A DNA stretch of 60,811 nucleotides, filler included, from Porpidia crustulata (GCA_964255105.1; 5 parts of 5 records of this genome joined end to end with filler, not necessarily neighbours in it), one strand, 5' to 3'; counted from the whole stretch's first letter, positions 24,433 through 36,605 are shown. Notes: generated from the sequence alone by a model not told the origin. Made by a program: numbers and translations.

Positions 24433-25333
24433 GGAGTGTGGATTGGAGCGGTTGGGAAGGAGGGGATTTGAGAGGGGGGGGTGTTTTGGAGAAAGGGATT
24501 ATGGGCTGTATATGTGGAAAGGGTTCTATATTTAAGAAACAATTCTACCTAGCTGATTCGCCGCACCCAGAAAGTAAATAGAAAATGCAGTATCTCGGCC
24601 CTTGCAAATCCAACCATAAGATTCCATATCACCCGATGCAAATGATCCAAATCACTCGCTCGTGCGTGTATGAGGAAACCCCGGTTGACGTGAAGATAAC
24701 GCTGTGACCCGAAGGCGTAAAAACCATATCTATGGTAGTCCCTTCTGATTGTTTGTGTATAAATGTAAACGTAAAAGACCTGCTCATTTTACGAAAAAAG
24801 ATATAAGTAAAAAGAGACGTTGAAAATGTTCATTAGCTGCTGCTTAGTAGAACTCAGGGAATCAATGACGCACGTTGCCAGCCTATATGCGTACAAGTCT
24901 TTTGCAGAAATTCCGCGATGCCATTGTTGACCCCGGGTAGCGTTGTGTCATACTGTTCCTGAGCCCGTGGCCGTTGGTACCCTGCGAGCGCGGAAATGTT
25001 ATTATCGTGCTCCGAGGCGGTTCGTTGCTTGAATGGATCAAGAGGGGAGGAGAAATATCGACATGTTCGTGACGGTTTGCGGGGATATTGTTTGCTCGAT
25101 TTATCAGGTCGTTCCGTCGAAGAGAGGGCATATCTTTTGCAGTATTATTTGCTTGCGAGCTACTGGTAACGGTACTGTTTCTCATGGAAACCTTTTCCTC
25201 AGTTCTGTAAGTTATGCTTCACTTTGTATGATCTCAGCCCAACGAACTGTCGATGGTATAGAAAGTGTTTGGGCCGTCAGGCCACCGACGGCTCACTCGG
25301 ATACCGTTATTTAGCGGCGGATACTCAAAAAAG

Positions 25334-27307
25334 TCAGGGTAGTTCAGCTGTACGGGCCCTTTTGATGGGCAGTACGACTACCTTAGGGAGTGGTGGCAGG
25401 CATTTGTTCACATAGCGCCATCTTTCTTGTTCCTCTGATGGGAAGGATATATTCTTTAAGAATCGATAGCTATCTTTCTTCTCCGACAGCCAGCCACAAT
25501 TATCTTTGAATGACTGATAACACCTGCTGCATAAAAGTCCATATGACACCGGTGAATACACTGAATGGATAAGTTCTTCCAGGCATTTCTCGCAATAATA
25601 GCGTGGCGTGGACTTTAAACTTTTGTTAATGATTATGGGTGAACTTTTAGTGGCAAGTCTACAGTCACTGCAGCTGAGCTGACAGTTGTAACACTCGATT
25701 GGCCGATCATCAAATAAGATGACAATCGAACCAATGACGCACTGTTTAGCACAATTCTTGCAGTGGTAACAGTCGGAGTCCCGATCCTAAAAGAGGTTTG
25801 CTAGGAAATAAGTTAGCACCTCAGTTCCGGCAATATATGAACCTGGAGGTACTTACACAAGGAAAATCGAATTCCTGGAACAACTATCTGCCATTTAATA
25901 AGTCAGCCAGGAGGACGCCATATGAGATCATGCAGTCGAAGACCGTAAGACTGGATTGAGCAGTACCATATCGCAGCCCCTACACAACCGCAAAGCATCG
26001 GTGGGTTCCTTTGATAAACGTATATTCAGATTGGCAAAGCGATTCTCCGGTGGAGTATTTTTAGTGGCGGGTGCACCTGATAGCGATCTCTGGGAGAGAC
26101 TGTCCTCCGCCTTTTCTTCTGAGATCCAAGGGAGGTAGCTGGATCTTACATCTTTTCCTGCATCTTTATTTTCGTAATACGAAGACACCCTTACCTCTTG
26201 ACCTGATATCGGCAGAGAGACTACCGACACACAAGAGATATCAGCAAGGCTCAAGCCTGAGAGGAAAGACCACGCGATAGAGTGTCCGACAGTCGATGAT
26301 AGCGAGGAGTAAGGCCTCATCCTTAAATTTCGTTGATATACTCTAGACTTCTGCAGGTCATGATCGAACGCAAATCTAAGCTGCATCATCTGGCTTATCT
26401 CCAGGTCTTGCTGTTCCTTCTGAATCAGTTGGCCAAATCCGATTGTCGACGTGTCATCATCGTCTCCTTGACCCGATGACAGTGAGGAATCAGGCCTGAC
26501 CCTTAGGCTCCTTCGATATATATTGGACTTCTGTAGGTCACGATCGAACGCAAAGCTTAGCTGCATTGTCTGATTTATCTCTAAATCTTGCTGTTCTGCT
26601 TTACTCAATCGACGGACCCTGATTGTCGACGTGTCATTAGCATCGCTTTCACCCGGTCGTGTAGAAGCGTTGCATGAATTTGCAAGGTTAGATGGTACTT
26701 GGAGACTTGCCAATCGCTGAGACATCGAATGATTACTTTCTAGCACTTGGTGAACTAGCTCCGTGAGGGTCTCAATGGAAGTCTGTGCTTGCTCGATGGA
26801 AGTACTGAATGTTAGAAATTCATTAGTGATATAGGCTGGTACCAAGAGTGTGAAAGGCTTTAGGGTATCTACTCACCATGTCAGTGTTGTCAGTATCAGA
26901 TTCAAAGACGATTTTGAGGCCTGAAGGCGCGTCAAGAGTTTGGATATGGCCGATTCATTTGAAAGGAATCTAATTCGTTTGTTAACGGGTAATGTTGACT
27001 GTTTCAAATTCAACCTATCAATGGTCTCTTCAAGCTCTGAGAAGATCAAGACGCAATTCGTGAGAGTGACGACGATTTGATCCACCATAAGAAGCGATTT
27101 TCGAGATCTTGAAATTGTATCTGTCCCGGATAGAAAGCCTTGCAGCTGTCCCAGACAAGCAGAAATGTCCGACACTTCGGCCAATATACTCGCTACGAGC
27201 TGAGGTGTATTCTTGATTGTAGCGATTGTCTTTTTAAGAATTGTACTTACGGCTGCCGCGGCTCCCAACAATCCAACGATCGATGCAGAAACCGAAATTA
27301 GGTCCAT
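25334..27307 (-). pseudogene. HeLo-like N-terminal domain fused to Rga1/Rga2-type tandem LIM domains; 3 introns; one in-frame TAG (25787-25789)
   Basis: N-terminus MDLISVSASIVGLLGAAAAV..EVSDISACLGQLQ..LTNCVLIFSELE..LQASKSSLNLILTTL is HeLo-like. Middle motifs are FAFDxDLQKSxxY and WSFLSGLSLADIS. After two canonical introns it reads CRGCDM|IVVPGIRFSLS|NLF*DRDSDCYHCKNC..IECYNCQLSCSDC..YCEKC..GLLCSRCY. Confidence 0.75.
26294..26653. repeat. 180-bp (60-aa) in-frame tandem duplication
   Basis: gattgtcgacgtgtcat occurs at 26441 and 26621. Protein units are DTSTI..EQQDLEI.Q.MQL.FAFD.DLQKS..Y.R.LR.RP.SSLSS. Confidence 0.92.
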
Positions 27308-28303
27308 GAAGCTACGCTACGAAGACCGTCTGAGCCGATAAAAGCAATGCAGAATTTTTTGATATCAGCCTATGCCTAGAGAATGAAGAAGTCAACGAAA
27401 ATATGGAAGTAATGGTGGATCACAAAGTTTTGTATGGCATAGCCTTGTTCGCGAGGCTGAGATGTGGCAGTGAGCGACCTCATACCACTCATATCACGAT
27501 GCAGGTACCGACTCGAAAGATAGGAATAGATAAGGTTTTTCTCAACCACTCCCGATCGGAAGTTTTGGGCAAGTTGATATGCCTTCATATCAATTTAGAG
27601 CGATGTTGATTCTGGAAGCCTCTGCGAGCTTCAGAATCAAGAACAAAGCGATCATCATGTCGGCAGGGATAAGAAAATTTAGATTCCTATCCAGTTAGAC
27701 ATTTCGTTCAATCTACACGTCGTATAGAGAACCCCCTTATTTATTTCAATAAACGAGACAGAACTCGATGCCTTTGAATCGGTTCAGCAGTGAACACAGT
27801 ATTTCTTTGTGCATACATGAAGACAAATTAGGTAAGTATGCAATGTATAGATCTGATACTACCCACAATAATGTGGTAGATAGAACTTTGGTTATGTTCT
27901 TTGACATAAATCCCATTGGCCGTGCGCAAGCGTCACAGAGCATCTCAACTGCAGAGCCGAGTACTACTATTCGGCAAGACACCTTCATTCGAGACGATCA
28001 TAGGGACATTATCCACTAACACCGCCGGTTCTGCCAACAGCTTTCATTACTGAGATGTTGTAGCAAGCTATGGCTTGGATGGACCCATTTATTTTTGGTG
28101 AAAGACGACTCGTACTGAGCATACTTTTCGTGCCTGTGCGGACCAGTGGGTGGCCAAATACACTTGCTCGGGGGCACTCGCACGCTGGATACTCCAGAGG
28201 AGACGGTCTGGACGTAGCTCCATGCATGATACAGCACTGAAAAGCCTGCAATGGACCTTGATTCGGTGACCATTGCGCAGCGAGACTGACGTTCTAGTAA
28301 TAG

Positions 28304-29340
28304 TCATGTCTGACCTTGAGGTACCAAGTTCCGAAGTGACAGATCGTAGACAATCTCTTCAACTTTCTTCACCTAGGGCCATCACCAATCAGCTTAGTTT
28401 GAAATTTTCCGAAAGGAGGGTACAAACATTGTACTTGATGCTGTCATTTCGGCGTCGTAGACTGTCGTTCTTCAGATTAAGAATTTGGAAGCCAGCGTGA
28501 AGATCCTTGACAAATTGGCTGATCTGCAGCGGGCGATGGTAATCTCCTAAAGTCACGGAATTGACGGCGAGTCTCGCCTAAATGTTCTTAGTTCAAGTTG
28601 GAAACTGCGCGAAATGATCGTACCAGCTCTTCAATGAGATTAATCAGAGAATGCAGATACTCTTCGATGGTCAGATGGAAGGCATCTTGGTCTTTGAGAT
28701 TGACCGGTACTGAACAGTGAGATGAGCTTGTTCAATTCGAAACAGGGTAGTATAATGATACCTTGCAGAACCTCTCCAACTTCTTCGATGGTAAGGAGCT
28801 TTCCAGCTTTCCCTTGACTCTGTCCATCTGAAAATGCGCCAAGCCATCCGCAGAGCACAACGGCTGTACTCTAGCCCCAATTAGGTCACCACCAAACATT
28901 CAAGAACAGGAGACTTACCGCGATCTGCATATCTCTTGTCCACATGCCATTGTATTTGTAGTAGGGGTGTTTCGATGCTATTTTCCCAAGCTTGCTAATC
29001 GTTCCAACTTGCTGCATAGTAAAATCACGTGCGTCGGAGAGGGTTCCCCCAACTTCACAAGTCAATTAGCATACAATAGACCCATTGGTCCACGAGCTCA
29101 TACGCTGAGATGAAGGAGTCGAATGTACACGAGACAAAGCGGAATATGTTGCTTTTCCTTTACAGAATTAACATAATTCATCCTGTCCAGAAGGAATCCA
29201 TCTCTACCCTGTTTTTCAAGTATTTGTAGGATGTTTCGAAGTTCCTCGCGGACATGAGCATCCTCATCAATCTTTGCCTGAAGATGCTCGAAGATTGCTG
29301 GATTTACCATACCGAACGATGGGGGATTGATCGCGGTCAT
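28304..29340 (-). CDS. TSN: Translin (C3PO subunit), multi-exon
   Basis: NPAIFEHLQAKIDEDAHVREELRNI, HPYYKYNGMW, VPVNLKDQDAFHLTIEEYL, RLAVNSVTLGDY, DLHAGFQILNLKNDSLRRR, KKVEEIVYDLSLRNL. Confidence 0.92.
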
Positions 29341-29634
29341 CTTGAAGATGAGAGCACTCGCGGTAAATTTATATCAAGAATGGCGAAGAAGCTTGAATTG
29401 TTTGGGAATAGACAATTTTGCGGGAAAAGATAGTTGCAAATTGACGGTAGATAAGCAAAGTCAGGTATCAGGCCAATGGCTACGACATTTATTTGACTCG
29501 TTAAAGTTTGCTATGATATTCGACGGTATTCCTCAGGCAGTGAGCCTTCAAATACGTGTCGCGTCCGCAGTAGATGTATCCTACCGTCAAGCCCAAATAG
29601 GTAGTCGGACCACCCTTATTAAAACTAATGAGGA

Positions 29635-29649
29635 TAACCCTAACCCTAG
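29635..29649. promoter_or_regulatory. Telomere-like TAACCCTAACCCTAG element in the translin/RPL22 divergent promoter (candidate Tbf1-type site)
   Basis: About 2.5 TTAGGG units roughly 140 bp upstream of the RPL22 ATG. The function is inferred. Confidence 0.45.
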
Positions 29650-29785
29650 GTGTAGTGGTCCGAGTAGTGTTGTAAGCGAGGTTTCGCACATCGAATTACG
29701 GCTCCCATAATAATTGCCCTTTGCTCACTCATAACTCAGGCGCAGGATAGACATTTCTTTGCGACCTCATACGATCCCACACATA

Positions 29786-30429
29786 ATGGCACCTGCACCA
29801 GTATGTATATATCAAACTGCTTTGCTGTTCACCCCAAGCTTAAAGCTGGGGTATCCAAGAACAGTAGGCTAAATGTTTCCGCTTCAATGTAGAAAAAAGC
29901 AGCCGCTCCTGGCCCAAAGGGCAAGCCTGCGAAGATCACGAAGAAGGTGAGTGCAACGGCCCTTGAACCTCAGCGCCCCCTGACTGTAAGGACTAATTGG
30001 CTGTAGTTCATCATCAACGCTTCGCAGCCGGCCTCGGATAAGATCTTCGATGTCTCGGCGTTTGAGAAATTCCTGCATGATAAGATCAAGGTCGATAATC
30101 GTGTCGGAAATCTTGGCGATACAGTACAGATCAGCCAGCAGGGTGAGGGGAAGATTGAGGTCATTGCGCATACGCAATTCTCGGGGAGATATCTCAAGTA
30201 TTTGTAAGTGCTAAGATTATTGCGACTTTCGCTTTTCAGGAACGAAAATGGCTACGATGCACACCCATCGGTAACTGGGGCTAACCAGTTGGCTCTGTTT
30301 AGGACAAAGAAGTTCCTCAAGAAGCAGCAATTGAGAGATTGGTTGCGGGTTGTGAGCACAAGTCCTGGTGTTTACGAGCTGAGGTTCTTCAACGTGGTCA
30401 ATGATGCAGACGATGACGATGACGAGTAG
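29786..30429 (+). CDS. RPL22: 60S ribosomal protein L22 (eL22), 3 introns
   Basis: Spliced reading MAPAP|KKAAAPGPKGKPAKITKK|FIINASQPASDKIFDVSAFEKFLHDKIKV..FSGRYLKYL|TKKFLKKQQLRDWLRVVSTSPGVYELRFFNV. Confidence 0.97.
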
Positions 30430-31660
30430 ATGGAGACAAACGTCTAGGTAGAGGACAAAGCTCAAGACATGAGATCGAAACATGGTCCTCCAGGATCACA
30501 TTTTCCAAGAGCAAACACTTGATTTGTACCTATCAATGGCCACATTGTGTGATGATCCGGTTCCGCGTGGGATCTCCTTGAAATACATTTGTCCCTCCGG
30601 TAGTATCTCAACCCCCAAATTGACCAAAAATTTGATGCTTTGGAATCTCCTTAGTCAACCTCCGGCGTCCACCATTTCGAAATTCCATGCCCATTGCCGA
30701 GTTCCTTTTTACCCACAGCCCTGAATATGGTCGCTCGATCTTCTTTGTAGTACAACTCTTCTCCCTCTTGATCAAAACCGAGCTGATCCAGAAGATCATG
30801 CGTATACCGTTCACGTAGCCCTCCGTCCTACCTCTACTCCACGTCTTTCTATGGTCTCCAGCCAAACATCCTCCCCATTGTCCCGCCCCAGCGCTCCACC
30901 AATCACCCTCCCTCCGCCATCGTACATATAAAATACTCTGGTAAAGAGGAAAACACAAGTAAGTCTCCCCCCAGGATACCAGCAGAATCACTTCCCCTCT
31001 CCTAATAATGATCATGAAATCACTGAACGATAGGAAGCTGTGATTCAATAGCTCTATGAATTTGCTTCCTCAATCTGTTGGAATCAATTGACGGGAAAAA
31101 ATAGTTCACTTCCTGGCACTAAGAGATATGGTAGAGAGTTGGCAGGTGACGATGGTTCTTTTGAATACCTTACCCACATATGTATTTGTCCCGCAGTGCT
31201 CCTTCCTGAGGGAGACTCAGAGAACGGAATTTATGGCCTATATTCAATGTGATTGCAAGGGCGGATCGACCGTTTTGGCTACGGATATATGCACTGGTGC
31301 TTTGATTGCTTCTTTGACTAGGCCATGGACGATGTCGCGGTGGAGGAAAATATGCCAGATGCTGGAGACCCCTGGCAGTCAGATCGGATCATGACTAATT
31401 CAGACATGGCCTTTACCCCACCATCTCGAAGGCTCTTTGAGAGAATCAAGGGTGTCAAGCACATCCCACCGATCCTTATCTCGAATAATATTCATTGTGA
31501 GAAGCTTACAGGTTTCAGCATCAGAATTTTACAAACAAACAAACACCGATCGCCTCCTTCCTGTTCCCAAATTTCTTAACGTACAAACATCCAGTCGTCC
31601 TCTGTCAAAACCCACGACAACCCTATTCAAACCTCGACCTTGCTAGACCAAACAATGATT

Positions 31661-33643
31661 TCACTGCCATGCCGCCTGACTCAAGGACAGCAAGTTCTGT
31701 ACACAGTCTAATTCCTCTACTTCCCGCGGTACGCTGGATCCGCTCATGAAATTTGCGACTTCCTCGTCTTCCTCTGGGCTTGAGTTTTCTTTTCCACTGC
31801 TTTCTTCCCTGTTAAGCTGGCGATCTCTGACGAACTTTTTATTCATAAGAGTGTCTAAGCTGGAGGAGTAGCTAGGGATTTGCAGACTTTCTTGCAGAAC
31901 CGGCCGTGGCATCCAGTTGCGATGTTGCGTAATTATAGGTCGGGGTCTTGGGATCCTACTTGTCTGTGTGCCCGGTTCCCAGTTCTCCTTGTCTGAATCT
32001 CCATCATAATCCTGATAGATCGCAGTGTGGGATCCAGACTTTGGGTCCTTGTCCTTCGTCTTCGCAGCTTGCTTTTTGCCGTTACCAGCGATAGCTTGCA
32101 GTCTTGCCGTGGATGATAAAGTACAAGCAAGTCTTGGCTTTTGGAGCTGCTGGCCATCAGGTTTCTGGCGCTTCGTTGACTCGTGATTTGGTTGATGAGC
32201 ATTGCGCTTGTTCGAATTTGCTGCCATGACTTTACTGCTTCGTGATCTTATAAGACTGATCGCTCCAGCTGCAGAACCGCTCTGCTCTCGCTCTGCTTGG
32301 ATTGTCAATGCATCGCGGGCGTCACTGTCGCAATAGAATTCCCAGGTCCTAGCGTCTCGCGATCTACCTTTCATAGGGCGTCTTGAATGAACGGATGAAG
32401 ATAGAAGATCCTCTATAAGAGTTCTCCTGACAGGTTCCACTGCACTCTGCGTCCGTTGTAGACCGACTCTCAAATGCGGTTTCGCTCCAGCCATTAATCG
32501 AGGCTGAGACTGTGGGGGCGATGGCGAACTTTCGCTACCTGTAGTGACCTTGGCTTTACCATCAAGAGACATTGAGAGTCTGACCAAAGACCATGTACGC
32601 TTGAGCGCGAGTGGCATAGCCGCTTTGCCGTTGGCTTCTCCCCGTGGGACAGAAAGGGCTTCGGTAGGTTGTATTACTGGTAATTTGTCTCCGTTGTCTT
32701 TCTGGTCCATTGAGAACCAAGAGCTTCGAGGATTCATCAGATCGACGATCTCAGTCTTCGCTGAGTCCATCTGTGCCATCGGAATTTTTTGAATGGATGA
32801 ACGGTCGGGTGGGAAAGACTTTTGTAAATCGTTGGACTTCTCGGAAGCCCCTGTGAGATGAACAGAATCGGCTATAACAGTACTAGTCTGCGTGGGTTTG
32901 GCAATCATATCCAAATCATGTGATTGCTGAAGAGGTTGAGAACAGCCGGATACTTTCTCAGATTCCAAGCCATCGTTCGCCAGTGAGCTTTGTTTCACAT
33001 CGGAGGACAACTGACTCGTTTGAATACTGCTTTGACTTGACCATGGCTGTTGCTGACTGCTTTCATCCACAGAGAAACTCGAATGCGACACGTCCTCTCC
33101 GCTTCCTTGGCTCGAACGGAAGCTGGCAACCTCGTACGGTAGCAGAGGCCTCGACTTACGACGCGTCATCTGACGACGGTTCTGGAACCAAATCTATGAT
33201 GTATACAAATTAGCCGCTGTATTAAACAAGCTCACCAGTGTGGCTAATATGTGGACCAACTATCGACAAAGCTGTAGGGATATAGGACCAACCTGCACTT
33301 CTTTCTCTCCAAGAGCAACACAATCGACTATGGCCATTCTTGCGGCCTTATCTGGCTTCGAGTTTTTTGCATATTCGGCCTCAAGAATTGCATGATCTTC
33401 AGGGCTAGACATCGAATCAGTCAGCTCAAAATTTGTGGAACATTACGCGAGTATATGATACCTGGTTCGCCGACGTCTCTGCCGAACAAGAGGTTGATTA
33501 TCGATAGCTGGGGGAAGATGATTGTTCAGGGTGTCTTGCGAATGGACCAGGAAGGCATAGCTGTTTTGGGAGGTATCTGATGTGTCCTGAGAACCGGAAT
33601 CTGAAGAACCAAAGGCTCGAATTTCCCCAGTCATGCTATCCAT
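31661..33643 (-). CDS. YOX1: Homeobox transcription factor, Yox1/Yhp1-like, 2 introns
   Basis: RQRRRRT|SPEDHAILEAEYAKNSKPDKAARMAIV..LGEKEVQ|IWFQNRRQMTRRKSRP, plus WEFYCDSDAR and C-terminal ELDCVQNLLSLSQAAW. Confidence 0.85.
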
Positions 33644-33732
33644 GCTGTTCGCTGATCTTCAATGTACTAAATACACCTAAGTATATGTTGGTAGAGCATA
33701 CTGTAGGATGGATAGGTATGATATAGAAAAGT

Positions 33733-33742
33733 CGCGTCGCGT
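33733..33742 (-). promoter_or_regulatory. Tandem MCB-like element ACGCGACGCG upstream of the Yox1-like gene
   Basis: About 90 bp upstream of ATG 33643; Yox1 genes are G1/S MBF/SBF targets in yeasts. Confidence 0.55.
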
Positions 33743-33988
33743 GAGGGGCGCTTTGGCTTTGACTTTGACTCGCTTGTCATAGGGCGACGATCTTCCGCCT
33801 CCCCTCGGTGCCATGGTTACGCCATCATCCTGGCCAACACCAGCAGGGAGTCACAAAAGTCATTGGACCACTTTGGTAGGGGTATTCCGGTTAAGTGGTC
33901 CAACGACTTCTGACACACCATGACAAAGTATTGATAGCATTCATTTTCTGCCGACACCCCGTTTCTTGACAGCAACGTAATCCATCCA

Positions 33989-35096
33989 ATGCGACCGAGA
34001 ATTGTCCTACCGGGTGCTTGCCTGCTTAGCAATTGGATCCAACCCACAGGCCTAAGTCTACGCAGCTCGTATCCAGCTATTGTTCGAAGCATGAACAGCA
34101 ACAGCAACACCCATGAAGAACGAACTGCCACAGAACAGCGCGAGAATGAGGTTCATCTCGTTAAACTGGACAGGATCGAGCCTATCAATGAAACTATAAG
34201 ACTCCTTCGACTCACAATTCCGGCCGGCAAACGAATTAGGGTCGGTTATTTGTATCAAGTAAACCTATAACGACTGCGCTGACAGGCGCCCACCACAGTG
34301 CAGTTTCGACCCGGGCAGTGGTTAGATGTACACATTCGTGGCCTACCTCATGCTGGTGGTTTTACTATCACATCCGCTCCTCAGGACGCAGAACCGTCGT
34401 TCGGTCCGACTGCAAAAGTTGGATATCTGGAACTCGCTATCCAAAAATCGCCGCGAAATCCGCCCGCTGCATGGCTCTGGCGACCAGTATCGGAAATATT
34501 AGGATCAGACCTGCTTGTCCAAGTTGGGGGAGACTTTGTCTGGCCGCCCTCAGGGATTGACGTCCAAAGTATCGAAAATGTTATTTTCGTCGCAGGAGGC
34601 GTAGGCATAAAGTACGGCAAAACGTATGACGCCATGGTTAGGCATTTACTGATGCAAGAGACATTACAGCCCTCTCATCTCCATTCTCTCATATCTGCAC
34701 AATAATCCGTCCCAGCTTCCACAATCTGTACAATTTCTTTACACGACTCGCTTCCCGCCTTCTTCCAACCTTTCCCATGTGCTTTTCTACGATCGATTAC
34801 AGCGAGCGTTCAGAGCCGATTCCTCGAAAGGAAGAAACCTTCATCTTTATCTCACGGGCGATTCTAGAGGGACTAATCCCGCGGATCTATTAGCTCCGAG
34901 CGATTCCATTAGCAGTCTTTATAACCGACGATTTTCGCAAGAGGATCTCATCAAAGCACTCGGGAATGTTGAAGAAAGGGGTAGGGTTGTAGCTTACGTT
35001 TGTGGACCGCCGGGAATGACTGATGAGGTCGTGGGGCTACTGAAAGGGGCGGAAGGGATGGATGAACAGAGGGTACTATGTGAGAAATGGTGGTGA
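33989..35096 (+). CDS. FAD/NAD-binding ferredoxin-reductase-type oxidoreductase (OXNAD1-like), 2 introns
   Basis: FRPGQWLDVHI..AGGFTITSAP..YLELAIQKSP..PAAWLW, FVAGGVGI, YVCGPPGMTD, CEKWW. The start could alternatively be 34091. Confidence 0.85.
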
Positions 35097-35474
35097 AAAC
35101 TCAATTTAAGTTTCCTATGTGATAGTATGCGAAATCATATAGAGCATTGTGCTCATGAGCGGGCCAGAATGAGCTGCATTGCCTTTCTTCCGAAGGCGAT
35201 ATACTTTATGTATGTCTCCTTGATTGTCATGCACCCACAGGGTCTCGTTAAGTTTTAGATATTTCACATAGGATATAAATTGCACTTGAGCAGCGCAATT
35301 TCCTACTCTCGATAGATCAGCTCAGATCCCGGAGTAGACAATGGATCACCTTAACACATCAGAGGATATTGATCACAGCCTCAATACAAATCATGATATG
35401 GATTCACAAAAGGTAGTAGGAGATCGTACCATGGATTTGGTGCCCGAATACTTGCATACTGATTCAAGACACCA

Positions 35475-35516
35475 AAGCCCTAAGCCCTGGGCCCTAAGCC
35501 CTAAGCCCTAAGTCCT
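35475..35516. repeat. (AAGCCCT)x6 telomere-like heptamer array
   Basis: aagccct aagccct gggccct aagccct aagccct aagtcct. Confidence 0.9.
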
Positions 35517-35640
35517 AGCATCTCATTCTAGCCCTCACGCTATCCACCACTTTCAGGAAAAGCATGTGTCAGATTTGGTTCTGAAATTGTTCATTGCCGG
35601 TTGCAATTATAGCTTTTCACAATGGCGCACACCGATCGCG

Positions 35641-36505
35641 ATGCGGCCAAACTGCACTTCCCCTCTAGATGTCAGAGCTTCTTTGACATTCGAGATTCAG
35701 TCCAACCCCTACAACCCAGAGCTGTACTTGCAAAGAGCGCAATGCTACGAGGAATTGGGGTTTGCCGATCTAGCGGCTGGCGATGCTTACAAAGCTCTGC
35801 TCTTGACCGATGAAATCTTGGATGAAGCTGGAGAATACCATGAGCAGGCTAAAGAAGCATTGAGAGCGTCTCCTGAATGGCTAGACGAGAACGGAGATGT
35901 TGAAGATCATGTTAGCATTGCGCAGGTAAATCGGGAAGATATACCATCTCGGAACGGATCTATAGGTCAGCTTCCGCCCAAAAATGAAGAAGATGAAAGC
36001 ACGACCTGGGAGGCAAGAGCAAGGGTCTGTTCTCAGAAGTGCTTCTTGATATTGGCTCAAACACTTCTAAAATGCGGCTGCTTAAAGAGCGCATATGAGT
36101 TCACCTGTCGAGGCTTGAAAATTTCTCCACTTCAGGAAAACCTCCAGAGGCTCCAAGACGAGATACTGGAGTCCTATAGGAAAACCCAGCTTCAACGCGA
36201 CCCTCTATGGACCACCTCAAACTTCAACCCGAAGACCGACCTCCCAGAACAAGGCTCCGTCCGACGAGAGCTCTACCCCTGGAATACCCACGAGCCCGAT
36301 CGCTTCTCCGCCAGCAGCCTCGCATTCCTGAACAGCGAGCTGAAGAAAGTCGCTCCCAAATGCGAAGTCCGCGCCGTTTCCCTGCCCCTGCTGCAGGAAA
36401 ACACCACATCGCCTGCACCCGCCTCCCCCCCAACCATCACCCAGCTCGGCATCTTCGCCACCGCCGACATCGCCCCCCATGAAACCGTCCTCCACGAATC
36501 CTCCC
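35641..36505 (+). CDS. TPR/SET-domain protein, 3'-truncated by contig end
   Basis: LYLQRAQCY..LGFADLAAGDAYKALLL, VRRELYPWNTHEPDRF, PKCEVRAVSLP, QLGIFATADIAPHETVLHE (start of the SET domain). Confidence 0.8.
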
Positions 36506-36605
36506 NNNNNNNNNNNNNNNNNNNNNNNNNNNNNNNNNNNNNNNNNNNNTTAATTAATTAANNNNNNNNNNNNNNNNNNNNNNNNNNNNNNNNNNNNNNN
36601 NNNNN
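36506..36605. other. Artificial contig spacer
   Basis: 44N-TTAATTAATTAA-44N. Confidence 0.99.

Noticed and set aside
24883..25185. 100-aa ORF downstream of the HeLo-like/LIM gene
   Set aside because: Out of frame with the last exon and has no identifiable domain.
30549..30724. Possible C/D snoRNA (GTGATGA ... CTGA) after RPL22
   Set aside because: No terminal stem or recognisable rRNA guide; the motifs are too short to be significant.
31128..31646. Short ORFs between RPL22 and the homeobox gene
   Set aside because: Could be a gene remnant, but no family is recognisable.
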